Source of the DNA: Azolla caroliniana | Taxonomy: Eukaryota; Plantae; Polypodiophyta | Direction: 5' to 3' | Length of the DNA stretch: 64,000 bases | Assembly (NCBI GenBank): GCA_043228905.1 | Contig: JBHGNT010000004.1 | Coordinates: 18,786,001-18,850,000, forward strand | Shown here: positions 24,319-36,600 of the stretch, piece after piece | Numbering within the stretch: position 1 is the first letter of the stretch | How the letters are laid out: each line of letters opens with the position of its first letter | Program-made: the position numbers and the translations under genes | The notes under the pieces: generated by a model | What the model saw: only the letters and a program-made list of their open reading frames with translations | The model's database searches: none | What the model was told of the DNA's origin: nothing

Positions 24319-27300
24319 TGAAAAGAGAGATGATGATAGAAAAGAGAGAGAAGGAAGATATAGAAACCCAAATCTACAAAGATATATTAATAAGGAGTGA
24401 TGATCATAGAAACAAGAGAAAGAAGATACATAAACTCAAGCCTACAAGGATGAATTGATCACTAGAAAAAACGCACTACATGAATAGGCAAGAAAAACCC
24501 CACAAGAAAAAGGCTCTTCCTTTCACCACCTCACTCTTCTTGCTTTATATGAAGTTCTCCTCTAGTAGATAAGTTTCGCTTGCTTTCTTTTCCACGCTTT
24601 TTTTAGAGCTTTTCCATCTCCTATTCATAGTTATGACACAACGATCTTCTAATCGTCATATCTCCCTCATCCATGCTCCAAATTTAGAGTTTTAAAAAGC
24701 TACGGATAGCTCTCTTCACAAACTTTCTAACCCATATTTACACGTGATATTTGGGTGTCAAACGAGAGATTTATGAGCATTTGTTTCTGACTGCGTTTTG
24801 GTGGTCTGCTTTTTCTCTTTTTAACTTTTCTCCATCTTTATTGCTTTTATTTGGACTTATCCACGAGATGTTAGTTCATGTCCTTGTCCTCCAAATGTGA
24901 ATCCTCCATACCTTATATTCTTTTAGTGTCCAATGGCTTGAATTCTAAAAACAGTTTCACATTTAGCCCTCCCCCTTGCTTCTTGGTGAACCATTTATGG
25001 TGAACCCTAAGCTACTAATAAAACTAAAGGTTCTCCTTCGCCTTATTCATGGCTATAGACAAAGAAGGAGAAAATGAATAGAAAAGAAACAAACTATGTG
25101 AGTAAAACCCCCACTAGTCGGTATGAAAAACCTTACACTTCTAAACACACACACACACACACATTGACAATTGCCATCACCAACTTTCTCCTTGTCAACA
25201 CAAAGAAAGAGGTTACCACAATTACTATGTCTTTGTCAACTCTCGAAACACGAGTAGGATCATGCGATACATAGGTCTTGAGAGAAGTAAGCATATCAAC
25301 ATATGAATAAACCTTTCGAGCGAGCGAACCTTTTGCACAAATACCTTCAAAGCTTCGAGACTTGTCAGAATTGTCATATTTTGAATTATGTCAATCTTTG
25401 CTTCATCAACATGACTTTCTTCTTGGCACACCACATTCTCCACATTACCTTGTTTTGTATGTATGACCATTTCATCTAGAATCTCATCTCGAAAAGGAAG
25501 CAAAAATAAATCTCGTTTGGTTGAATCATTCAAGGATTGGAAGTTGACGTCTTTCTCCTTTGGAACCACGACAATAAGTGAGACAAACTTCAAATCCTCC
25601 AACTTGATGTGGTGCTTGATGCCTTCTACTCTTATCTGTAAATAGTCATTTATGAATAACTTTGCAAACTTAAAAAAGAGAGAAATAAACCTTAGATCCT
25701 CTTCTCCTTGGACATCGTTTGAAATCATCTTCTTTTTCCCCTTTAGGGTGATAATACTTTTCTCTTCAATGACTTCTTCTTCCTCCTTAGACACCATGTG
25801 GAATGATTTGTTTTCCCTATCCCACGAATATTCATCAATTGTTATGCTTTCCTCTTCTTGCTTGCCAATGTCGATAGATGATTCCTTCTCCTTTATACAT
25901 TTGATTAGTTGTGGTGGATCCTTTGATGGTGATAAGTTAATGATACTCCAATCATGCATTGCAAGTAATTCTCTTTGCTCTTGATCAAATTGTTGTTGAA
26001 GAGTTGATGCCCACATAATTTTGTTGCTACTCAATGCAAATGCAAAACATAAATCATGCACGAACACCTTCATACACTGCAACTTGGCACTTACCAATGC
26101 TTCCTTACACGCATTGATCTCCAAAAGCCAATCTCCAGCTATCACTTCTAGGTTACCTTCTTCATCTTGCAACTTCGTTGTGGGTACTTCACCATCAACA
26201 ACTTCTTTTGTCATATCTTCCATTTCATCTTGCACATATTCATCATCAACCACCATATCACTTGTTGTATCAATAATGTCCTCAACATGATGTACATTGG
26301 CATCACCATCCATAACTTCGCTTCTCATAACTATCTCCTTAGATTCGTCTTTCACATCATCATTCTTTATATCATGGTTGTCCTCATGAACTAGATGGGG
26401 GAACTCCACATTCATCACCTCTTCTTCATTGTCTCTGGAATCACCTTCATAGACATCATTATAACTCCAAAAATTAGAATAATGATATGAGGGAACCTGT
26501 TGAATCGGACATTGCAAGTATGTTGGTTGTTGGCTCATGACCGATCCACAATTATTATAGCTTGGATTTATGGTATATGACGCCGATACTCCATATGCTT
26601 CACCGAATAACAACTTCTTCAATTGTTGATCATAACTTTGACATACTCGAAGCAAATCATGGAAAGACCTTGGGTACTTCATATGCACTTCATATTGAAA
26701 ATATGGATCTAGCCCTGCTTTGAATCTTTCCATCTTGAAGTATACATCTTCAACGCCTCCAACAAGTCCAATCCAAGTGGACCATATATCCAAAAACGTC
26801 TTCTCATACTCGAGGTAGCACATTGGTGAAACCATACGCAATTGGAAAAGTTCTCTTCGTAGATCTGTCGCATCGCGAACTCCATATCGTGCCATTAGTT
26901 TGATGATGAATCGGTAGATCCAACCATCAATTAGTGGACAACCGTTCCTCCCGTTATACAGAAAGGATCGGCCCTCCCTGGAGCGCCAAAAATGAAAAGA
27001 GAGATGATGATAGAAAAGAGAGAGAAGGAAGATATAGAAACCCAAATCTACAAAGATATATTAATAAGGAGTGATGATCATAGAAACAAGAGAAAGAAGA
27101 TACATAAACTCAAGCCTACAAGGATGAATTGATCACTAGAAAAAACGCACTACATGAATAGGCAAGAAAAACCCCACAAGAAAAAGGCTCTTCCTTTCAC
27201 CACCTCACTCTTCTTGCTTTATATGAAGTTCTCCTCTAGTAGATAAGTTTCGCTTGCTTTCTTTTCCACGCTTTTTTTAGAGCTTTTCCATCTCCTATTC

Positions 27301-27635
27301 ATAGTTATGACACAACGATCTTCTAATCGTCATATCTCCCTCATCCATGCTCCAAATTTAGAGTTTTAAAAAGCTACGGATAGCTCTCTTCACAAACTTT
27401 CTAACCCATATTTACACGTGATATTTGGGTGTCAAACGAGAGAGTTATGAGCATTTGTTTTTTACTGCGTTTTGGTGGTCTGCTTTTTCTCTTTTTAACT
27501 TTTCTCCATCTTTATTGCTTTTATTTGGACTTATCCACGAGATGTTAGTTCATGTCCTTGTCCTCCAAATGTGAATCCTCCATACCTTATATTCTTTTAG
27601 TGTCCAATGGCTTGAATTCTAAAAACAGTTTCACA
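24319..27635 (-). mobile_element. Gag-only non-autonomous LTR element (TR-GAG-like), 643-bp LTRs, TSD CCAAG, nested in the copia
   Basis: LTRs 24319-24961 and 26993-27635 (~3 mismatches). CCAAG at 24314-24318 and 27636-27640. PBS TGGCGCTCCAGGGAGGG; PPT AAGGGGGAGGG. Single ORF, no pol motifs. Confidence 0.93.
25225..27045 (-). CDS. Gag-capsid-like protein with a long acidic C-terminal extension
   Basis: Open 606-codon frame; ELFQLRM...YEKTF...RFKAGLDP...PRSF resembles the Ty3 gag capsid. The true start is probably downstream of the PBS (MARYGV, ~26895). Confidence 0.65.
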   Translation of the reverse strand: MGFYIFLLSLFYHHLSFHFWRSREGRSFLYNGRNGCPLIDGWIYRFIIKLMARYGVRDATDLRRELFQLRMVSPMCYLEYEKTFLDIWSTWIGLVGGVEDVYFKMERFKAGLDPYFQYEVHMKYPRSFHDLLRVCQSYDQQLKKLLFGEAYGVSASYTINPSYNNCGSVMSQQPTYLQCPIQQVPSYHYSNFWSYNDVYEGDSRDNEEEVMNVEFPHLVHEDNHDIKNDDVKDESKEIVMRSEVMDGDANVHHVEDIIDTTSDMVVDDEYVQDEMEDMTKEVVDGEVPTTKLQDEEGNLEVIAGDWLLEINACKEALVSAKLQCMKVFVHDLCFAFALSSNKIMWASTLQQQFDQEQRELLAMHDWSIINLSPSKDPPQLIKCIKEKESSIDIGKQEEESITIDEYSWDRENKSFHMVSKEEEEVIEEKSIITLKGKKKMISNDVQGEEDLRFISLFFKFAKLFINDYLQIRVEGIKHHIKLEDLKFVSLIVVVPKEKDVNFQSLNDSTKRDLFLLPFRDEILDEMVIHTKQGNVENVVCQEESHVDEAKIDIIQNMTILTSLEALKVFVQKVRSLERFIHMLICLLLSRPMYRMILLVFRELTKT

Positions 27636-30600
27636 CCAAGCTCAAAGTGCCTCTAAGATATCTAAGCACACGTTTCACTGCTTGCCAATGCTTAGTGCCA
27701 GGGCTATGCATGAATCAACTCAACTAGGAGACTGCATACTGTATATCCGTCCTTGTATTGCATGCATATATAAGAAATCCCACTACTTGTTGATAAAGAG
27801 AAGTATCAAATGCATCACGAGAATCCTCAGCAGCCAATGCGACCACAGTACGAATGGTAGTCATGCGTGAAGTAGGTGCAAAAGTTTCCTCATAATCAAT
27901 GCCATATTGTTGTGCGTATCCTTTGACAACCAATCTAGCTTTGTAGCGATCAATACTACCATCGGACTTTCGTTTAATCTTGTAAACCCACTTAGTACCA
28001 ATCACATTCTTTCCTTTTGGCAATTCACATAACTCCCAAGTACCATTCTTATGAATGGAATCCATTTCTGATTGCATAGCACTCATCCAATGAGGATCAT
28101 CACATGCATCTTCAAAAGTAAGTGGCTCCTCATTACATGCTATTGCAACAATAGAATAATCCACAAAATTACTTGATGCATGGCGAGAGCTTGATCTTGT
28201 TTTACCAAGTAAAGGTGCACTCAATTTGCTATCTCGCAAAGTTTGTTTCAGCCACCTCGGCATAGTTTGTGACCTCTCAATAGCCATACGTTCATTATGT
28301 AATACATCTTCAATATGTACATCATGTGTGGGCTGAATTTCATGCTCATTTTCAGCCACATTTTGTTGCAAATGTTCAGCCATATTTGGTTGGACATTTT
28401 GTGCATTTTCAAAACTCATTTGCTGGAAATTTTCATCCCTTTGAAACTCACTTGGCTGGTCTACATGTCCATGGTCAAGCGCACCACTTTGGAACAAAGG
28501 CATGAGTGTATCAAACACATCTTGTGAGTTAACTGTTGGGTGTTTTTTGCATTCAAGAAAAGGGAAAGATGAATTTTCAGCAAATACCACATCTCGACTC
28601 ACAATAATTGTGTCCCTCAATGGATGATACAAACGATATCCCTTACTTTCAGCACTATAACCAAAAAATATGCATTTCTTTGCCTTGTCATCAAGTTTGT
28701 GACGTTGTTGTGATGACACAAGAGCATATGCCAAACAACCAAACACACGCATATGACTAACCATAGGTTTATGTCCATTCCAAGCCTCATATGGCGTAAT
28801 GACTCTCAACGCTTTTGTAGGGCAATGATTCAACACATAATTTGCACACATAACCGCTTCCATCCAAAACTTGTTAGGAAGCTGCTTTCCTTTAACCTAC
28901 ATCGTGCCATCTCTAAGAGTGTTCTATTTTTGTGCTCTGCAACACCATTTTGTTGAGGTGTATATGGCACCGTACATTGATGTAAAATACCTCTTTCACA
29001 AAGAAAAGCATTAAACTCATGTGACATATATTCGCCACCACGATCCGTGCGTAGAGTCAAGAGCTTATTTGCGGAAAAAACTTCAGTCATAGCTAAAAAT
29101 GATTTGAAGCAAGAAAAAACTTCATTCTTTGCTTTCATAGGATACACCCATGTATGACGAGTAGCATCATCAATGAAGGTAACAAAATATACAGGCTTTC
29201 CAAAAGATGGAGTCTTTACAGGACCACACACATCACTATGAACAAGTTGTAATTTTCTTGTAGTGTGTGTATGACTATCTTTTGGAAAAGAAGCATGATG
29301 CATTTTTCCAAGAATGCAACCTTCACATGCATGTTTTTCAATGGACTCAAGTGTAGGCAACCCAATAACCATATCCTTCTTTTGCAAGTGAAGCAAACAA
29401 TTGAAGTTCAAGTGACCAAAACGAGCATGCCAAACCTCCATTTCAGCCATGGAAGAAGTATGGACAACCAAGGCATTTAGAGAGGCCCTCTTGTATGTAT
29501 CCACAAGCCATTGCATAATGTACCGGACATCACGATAACATCTCCATTGCTATAATCGTGAACCATGCACTTATCATCAACAAAATGTACATGAAGTCCG
29601 GCTTTGGCAATCAAAGGAACCGAAATTAAGTTCTTCTTGATACTGGGCACATACAATACATTCTTTAAGATGACAACACCTCCTTTTGTAGCCGAAAGCT
29701 CAATTTCTCCTACTCCAATGATAGGATAAGAGGCATTGTTTGCACACACCACATGTCCACCTTTGGGTGCATCTTTCAAGGATGCAAAGAAACTTTTGCA
29801 TGAAGTAATGTGCTTTGAAGCACCACTATCAAAGAACCAATCCGAATCAATCTCACTTACAACCATACATTTAGAGTGCAATGATGCATCATAAAGATAT
29901 GTAACAACACATGCCCAATAATCTTGGGCCATGTTGGCCTCATCACTCTTTGCACTTGAAACATTTTTAGAAATGGTCATGCCGGATTCCTTCTTCTTCT
30001 CATTGCGCTTAACAAGATTTCTACACTCTTCAATCATATGGCCAACCTTTCGACAATATTTGAATCTCTTCTTCTTTTGCAAATCACCATCATTAGAGGA
30101 ATAAGTGAAACAGGGAGGTTGAGGCTTTGGTTTTGAAGAAGCAAAAGCTGAACCATGCTTGCTTTTTCCTTTTTGTGAGATAGCAAGTGCTTGTGTTCCC
30201 TCTATCAAACCACTTCTATTCACTCTAGATTGTTCTTCTTGCAAAAGAAGAGACACAACCTCATCAAATGCATACATATCGGTATTCCCTTTTGCAACCA
30301 AACGAATAGTAGTAGCAAAGCTTTGAAAAGATTCGGGTAATCCTTTCAACAACGTAGAGACAAGTGATGTATTCGAAATGATTTCATCAATGTTTGCCAA
30401 TTGCTCTTTAAAATCTTTGATGCATGTCACATACACATCTATCGACTCATTTTCAGCCATATATACATCCTCAAGTTGCTTTCTCAAATATGCAACACGT
30501 GCTTCGTTACGCACGGCATACAACGAAGCAAGAGTGTCCCATGCTTGTTTGGACGTAGAGCATGACCGAATATGTGGAACTATATGACGCTTCACAGAAA

Positions 30601-32329
30601 GTGCAATCAATGCATGAGCTTGAGCATCTTTTCCATCCCATCTAAGTTTCTCTTGTGTGGGTGGCATAAGTCACTATACTCGAAGATGAACCTGTATCTG
30701 TGATAGTAGATTGTGAAGTAGTAGGATCGGCGGGGCGCCGATCTACATCTACCACTATGTTCCATAGTTGTTTGGCAATAAGAACATGTTTCATCATGTA
30801 GGATCACATTGGATAGTTAGTCCCATCAAGCTTATCTTCAGCTTGAAGCATGCCAAACAAGTCACCATTGTTTGCCATTTTACCAAAGAACAAGAAAGTA
30901 GCAAAATCTTACCTCAACAAAATCTGAAATGAGTGCTGAAAATGCAGCTCACAAACTATCACGGATGGCGATTTTGACTACACGAACGGCTTCGGAATGG
31001 GGGTAAAACAATAGGGCACCTGTTGAAAATGAGCTCCAAGTGCTGAAATACACTTCTCTATATTCGGAAGTTGATTTGCACAGTAAAAAGTGTGCGCGCG
31101 CCGCATTGCCGCGACGCGGACAACCGAAGATGGAGAGGATGAAGAACTTGGCTCTGATACCATAGTTGGGTATGTGAGGAAGAGTGAGAAACACACAAGA
31201 GGCACACACAAGAAGCTCAAACAAAGAAGCACTCACACAAGGAAGACAATGGCTGGAATAGCTCTCTCTATTGATGAATAATACAAAAACTAATAGAAGC
31301 TGAAATATATATCCCTAAGTACTAAGTACCACCACATATGAGTGACTCATGTATGTGGTAACATGGGGAAAAAACCTCTAGCTAGCACTAGAGTAAAAAA
31401 TGCCCATGTATAGGGAAAAATGGTTCACATCAAAGCTACTCGAGGAACACGTAAGTGTAACAGATTTCGCAGAGAATTATACTTTCAAGAAACAGAATGA
31501 AATCCAATCCATGCATTGGTGTTTAGTGCAAGTAACCATTTTTGTGCATACAACATATTTTCGAGTTTAAGGTGATGTTAAGAAAGTAATTCATTTTTTT
31601 ATTTCTGATGATAAGAAGCATGATACCTTGTTTGTCTAACACTGTTTTAAGTTACATTGGCAATGGTTATTATGTCAACATTTGGAGCTTACTCAACATT
31701 GGGTCTGGTTTGACGGAGCTGTGTAACAATTCAAGGATAGACGTCTGTTTTATTTTGTTGGCGGGTATCTTTCTGTAATAGGGTTGGAGATGAGATGGAA
31801 TTTTTTTGGGTTTGGCCATGGTAAAGGTGAACATGATGGAGCAAGTGCAGTTATAAAGTGGGCACTTACCCATGAAAAGCTAAAGGCAGATGGTGTGCAT
31901 ATGAATTATGCAGCACATGTAGTCGAATTTTTAAGAGCTAATATGTAAATGCAGAAGAAGACAATTCAGAGGGTGTTGATTACTATATATTGAAGTGCAA
32001 GGATTATAAACAATGTGCAACGCAGAATATTGCAGGTGCTTGGGAAAATTTTGTATCTGCTGGGACATTCTACATCAAAGGTATTTTTTATGCAAGACTA
32101 GATTATTACGATTATGTGTATAGGCTTTTAGAAGACAAACCAGTAGCTTACATGTACTCTCATTTGGTCAGGTGCATCAACGTCCCGATGTCGCAATACA
32201 ATAGTTGCTCAGGTTTATACACATTTAGTGCTAATGTGTATGAATGCATTTACAATAGTATGCCATGGAATTTGTGGCTACAAGGAGATCATACCAGTTT
32301 TCTTGTAAAGTGGACAAAGTAGTTGTATT

Positions 32330-32620
32330 GCAAAAAAACAGTTTAATCAAATAATTTGGTAGACTGTCTTCTTTCTGATATACAATTTTCTTTTTGTTAT
32401 TGTTTGTTAATAAAATCATTTGGGAGTCTTCTTTTTTATATACAGTCTTCTTTATGTTCTTCTTTCTTAATAAAATCATGTATGTTTAATAAAAAACAGT
32501 TTAATAAAATTGTGTGTCTTTTTTATATACAGTCTTCTTTGTGTTCTTCTATCTTAAAGAAAAGTTTAATAAAATCGTTTGGGAGTCTTCTTTCTGTTCT
32601 TGTTTGTTAATAAAATCAAC
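32330..32620. repeat. Degenerate AT-rich tandem repeat between the Sola2 transposase and the NIF-like gene
   Basis: Recurring TAATAAAATC..GGGAGTCTTC and TATATACAGTCTTCTTT.TGTTCTTCT. Confidence 0.7.
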
Positions 32621-33609
32621 TCTGTTAAATGTGTATTGATTGTCAATTATACTCTCAGTTTTACTTATTGCAACTTTCGATTTTAGTCTGTTCAATGTGC
32701 ATAATGACGATTATACTGTCTGGAATACATTTTGGCAATAGTTTTTTTACTCTCAAGTGAACCATGTACAAGTTCAAACAGTTTGTCATTATGAGAACAA
32801 CTAGCAGCATGAAATCAGCTATCAATGACCTATTTTAAAATTACATAGTAGATTATTTACTCAAAACAAGTGATTTCATTCTACATTGATTAATCTGTCA
32901 TCAATTTACATATTTATAATACACCATTGGCAATGTCTACAAAGCGCCTATAAATAACTAAGCTCTTGTTGGTCAATGGAACTTCTCTACATATGTGATC
33001 TGCATACCGAGCTCGGTATGGTGTCCACAACCATGCAATTAGTTGGCAGCTCAATGTTTTCACCAAGTAGTTATCAAGCATTTCATCAAGTATAATGAGA
33101 TAGGATCTACGAAGGTTGTAGTAATGTCGGAAATGTTTTGTATCCACAATCAACGTATTTTCGGCATTATATTCGGGCCAGGTATATGCCAAAAATCAGA
33201 AAGTCTTTTGAATCTTGCAATATACTGTTGTTCACATCGTTCTCGTGTCCACTGACCCTTGAAGTGTTGTCGCCACTTTGGAAAGAATCTTTCTACACAC
33301 TTCCATGCATCTAAACGTGGTTTCTCACTCCAAATAAACAAATCAAAGTATTGCATAACCCACTCTAGAAATTGATCTGCGCCCCTCCTTGGTGTCATAT
33401 ATCGCACACTCATGAAGACTTTTTCAAGCACCAAGATCAAGGCTCTTCGTTCGTCTTCTAATGGTTTAGGTTTCCATTCTTGCAACCGAGCCTCTGTTAC
33501 ACCAAGTATTGGTAGCACATGATCAATTTCAATCAACTCAGGTTTTGTCAACACAATTGTTGTCCTTTTCCTCTTCAAACCCTTGGTCGACTGTGTCTTT
33601 AGGTCCAAC

Positions 33610-36600
33610 TGTTGGAAGCAATGTCGTCTGTGCGGAAGATCTTGAAGCACTCGATTCCTGTTTATTCTCCTGCGTATGACAGAATGTAGGTCGTTGCACA
33701 GAGAGAGAGAGAGAGAGAGACACACAAAAGAGTTTCTTATTTCATAAAGCAACCATACAACAACCAACCCCACAAAGAGGTTACAAGGTCACTATATATA
33801 GTGACTGACTTAGGGCAACTACCCTTTATGCTAATTACACAAATGGCCAAAACGGGATAGTGTGAATACGTCCATTATACACATGTATTCGACACTCCCC
33901 CGTAATGGGCGTATACATGGGTTATCTAAGATTACAGGTATAGACTTAGGTTCTCGGACATATCAGCTTTGTTCGAGTCGGCAGGGTCCGAAGGCAGAAG
34001 ACCGAACTGGTCGGGTCGGAACAGTTGAAGCCGATCATTAAGGAACTGATGTCGGTTGTCGGGAACCATCCTGCTCTGTGTCCGGCTCTAACCGGACTGG
34101 TTTGCCGTTACGCCCATCTGATGCCGAAGAGACCGAAAACGGTTTGCCGAAAGACACTTGGTCATTCCATCTGCGACATTGTCGGTTGTGGATATTTTCT
34201 CTAGACCGATTTTCCCTGAAATGACGCAGTCCCGAACAAAGTGATATCGAACGTCGATATGTTTGGAGGCGTTGTGGTGAACCGGATTTTTTGACAAGGC
34301 AACAGCACCTTGACTGTCGCTGTAGACAACTGGAGCCGAGTCATGGTCGACTTGTCGAAACGTGTGCGCCAGCCGACCGAGCCACAAAGCTTCTTTTGCT
34401 GCGTCGGACGCAGCTACATATTCTGCTTCGGTCGTTGAGGTCGCTGTGCACTCCTGAAGTTTCGACTTCCACGAGATTGCTCCATTGCCGAATTTGAAGC
34501 AGTATCCGGTTGTTGATTTCCGACTGTCTATACAGCCGGCGAAGTCCGAGTCGGTGTAACCGACTACGCCTGAGGTTCGGTTCGGTCCGAAAAGAATGCC
34601 ATGGTCTTTTGTGCCAGCCAGATATCTGAACACATGCTTGACTGCGTTCCAATGCGATCGGCCAGGATTGTGCATAAATCTGCTAACGACTCCTACGGCA
34701 TGAGAGATATCAGGCCGTGTCGCGACCATCAGGTACATAAGGGAGCCGACTGCCGGTGCATACGGTACCGACTTCATATCTTCCCCCTCCGGACCGGATG
34801 TCGGGCAGTCTCGCTGAGAGAGCCGAAGATTCATAGGGAGCGGGGTTGAAGCAGATTTGGCTGATTGCATGTTGAAGCGTTCCAAGACACGTCCGATATA
34901 GTCGGTCTGAGACAAAAAAAGGTGTCGTTTGTCGCGATGCCGACTGATCTTCATGCCGAGTATGTGTCGTGCCGGACCGAGATCCTTCATGGCAAACTTC
35001 AACCGCAGTTGCCGAATGAGATCGGCAAGTTCGCCCGCGTGGCGTCCAGAAATTAGCATGTCGTCCACGTAAATGATGAGGAAGATGGGTGATCCATCTT
35101 GAGCTGTGTTGGTGAAGAGACAATGGTCCTCATCGCTTTTTGAGAAGCCGATCGATGTGATGAAGTCGTCGAACTTCTTGTACCATTGTCGCGGTGCCTG
35201 TTTGAGGCCGTATAGACTCTTCCTGAGTCGGCAGACTAGATGTTCTTGGCCAGTCGCCACGAAGCCTTTTGGCTGCTCCATATAAATTTCTTCGTCTAGA
35301 TCACCATGGAGGAATGCTGTTTTGACATCTAGCTGAATCAACTCCAAGTTGTCGGCTGCCACTACGCCGAGTAGGAAACGAAGGGTTGTCATTTTCACCA
35401 CTGGTGAAAAAATCTCGTCGAAGTCGACGCCGTATTCTTGTCGGAAGCCCTTCGCAACTAGTCTGGCCTTGTACTTTGGGGTGGTCGAATCAGACGTCTC
35501 TTTTAGTCGATAAACCCACTTGCAAGGAAGAGCACGTCGGTTCCTAGGTAATTCGACCAGATCCCAAGTCTTGTTTGCCCGAATGGAGTGCATTTCCGAC
35601 TCCATCGCCAGATGCCAGGTGGCTGAATCGACGGATGTCGATGCTTCTTCGTAAGACGTCGGTTCGCCGGCGTCGGTGAAGAAAATTCCAGGAGAATACC
35701 TCTCCGGAGGTTGCGACAGTCTCTCGGATCGTCGAGGCATGATTGGACTGGTCGCATCGGGTATCGTGGTCGGATGGTCCGAAAGCGGATTGTTCTGCTG
35801 TGCCGAGTCGGAGTTGTCCGAGTCGGTAGTGTAAGGTTCAGCTACCCGTGAAGCTGACCGTGTGTTGAGAGCGGGGCCTTCTTGAAGGGTCGGCACATCG
35901 GAAAAGGTTACCCTTCGGACTTCGATCGGTTTTTCGACTGATGGATTCATGGCCGACTCGTTGAACACAACGTCCGAACTTCGAACGATTTGTCTGCGTT
36001 CGGGGTCCCAGAGTCGGTATCCCATTTCGCCGTTGGATCCATATCCAAGGAAAATGCATTTCCTGGACCGAGGTGCAAGTTTTCGGCGATCATCTTTCGG
36101 AATAAGGGTGTACGCCTCGCATCCGAAGATCCTCAGCTTGTCGTAATTCGGCTTACTGCCGATCCATAGTTCCTGAGGAATTTGAAGTCCTAGAGGTCTA
36201 CTTGGCGACATATTGATTATGTGTACTGCCGTGAGTAGAGCCTCTGCCCAGAAGCCATCCGACAGTCCGGAGTGTTGGAGCATGGAAACTGTCCGTTCTT
36301 GGATTGTCCGATTCATGCGTTCGGCAATCCCGTTTTGCTCCGGACTGTGTGGTGTCGTAAATTCTCGTCGGATGCCGCGTTGTCGGCAGAATTTGACGAA
36401 TTCTTCAGATTTAAACTCTCCCCCATTGTCTGTCCGAAGGCATTTCAGCTTTCGGTCGGTTTGATTTTCTACCATAGCGAGCCAGTCGGTGAAGATCGAG
36501 AAGACCCGATCTTTGGTGCGAATTGGATAAGCCCACACCTTTCGAGTCGAATCGTCAATAAAAGTGACGAAGTAAGAGGCACCACCGAGAGACTGATGCG

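Larger units (their letters stand above)
23463..31462 (-). mobile_element. Ty1/copia element, 299-bp LTRs, TSD GATTT, RT largely deleted
   Basis: LTRs 23463-23761 and 31164-31462 (~4 mismatches). GATTT at 23458-23462 and 31463-31467. Met-i PBS at 31151-31162; PPT at ~23762-23770. gag/PR 30877-29477, integrase 29516-28600, RT deletion at ~27828, RNase H 24300-23808. Confidence 0.96.
23381..32322 (+). pseudogene. Sola2-type DDD transposase remnant split by a copia insertion (pieces 23381-23462 and 31463-32322)
   Basis: After removing the insert it reads LPNDVVVSIVDFAENYTF...NEIQSMHW...FISDDKKHD...WVWFDGA..QFK...WNFFGFGHGKGEHDGASAVIK. These match the Sola2 motifs DFxEN, SDG..QFK and HGKGxxDG. 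Several stops. Confidence 0.88.

Noticed and set aside
23808-24371. ORF with an apparent signal peptide fused to RNase H
   Set aside because: The N-terminus is LTR sequence of the nested element read into the copia RNase H; an insertion artefact.
33150-33773. ORF start MGLVVVWLL as the N-terminus of the NIF-like gene
   Set aside because: The first ~55 codons are copia LTR (repeated at 38940). The real upstream part lies beyond 39061.
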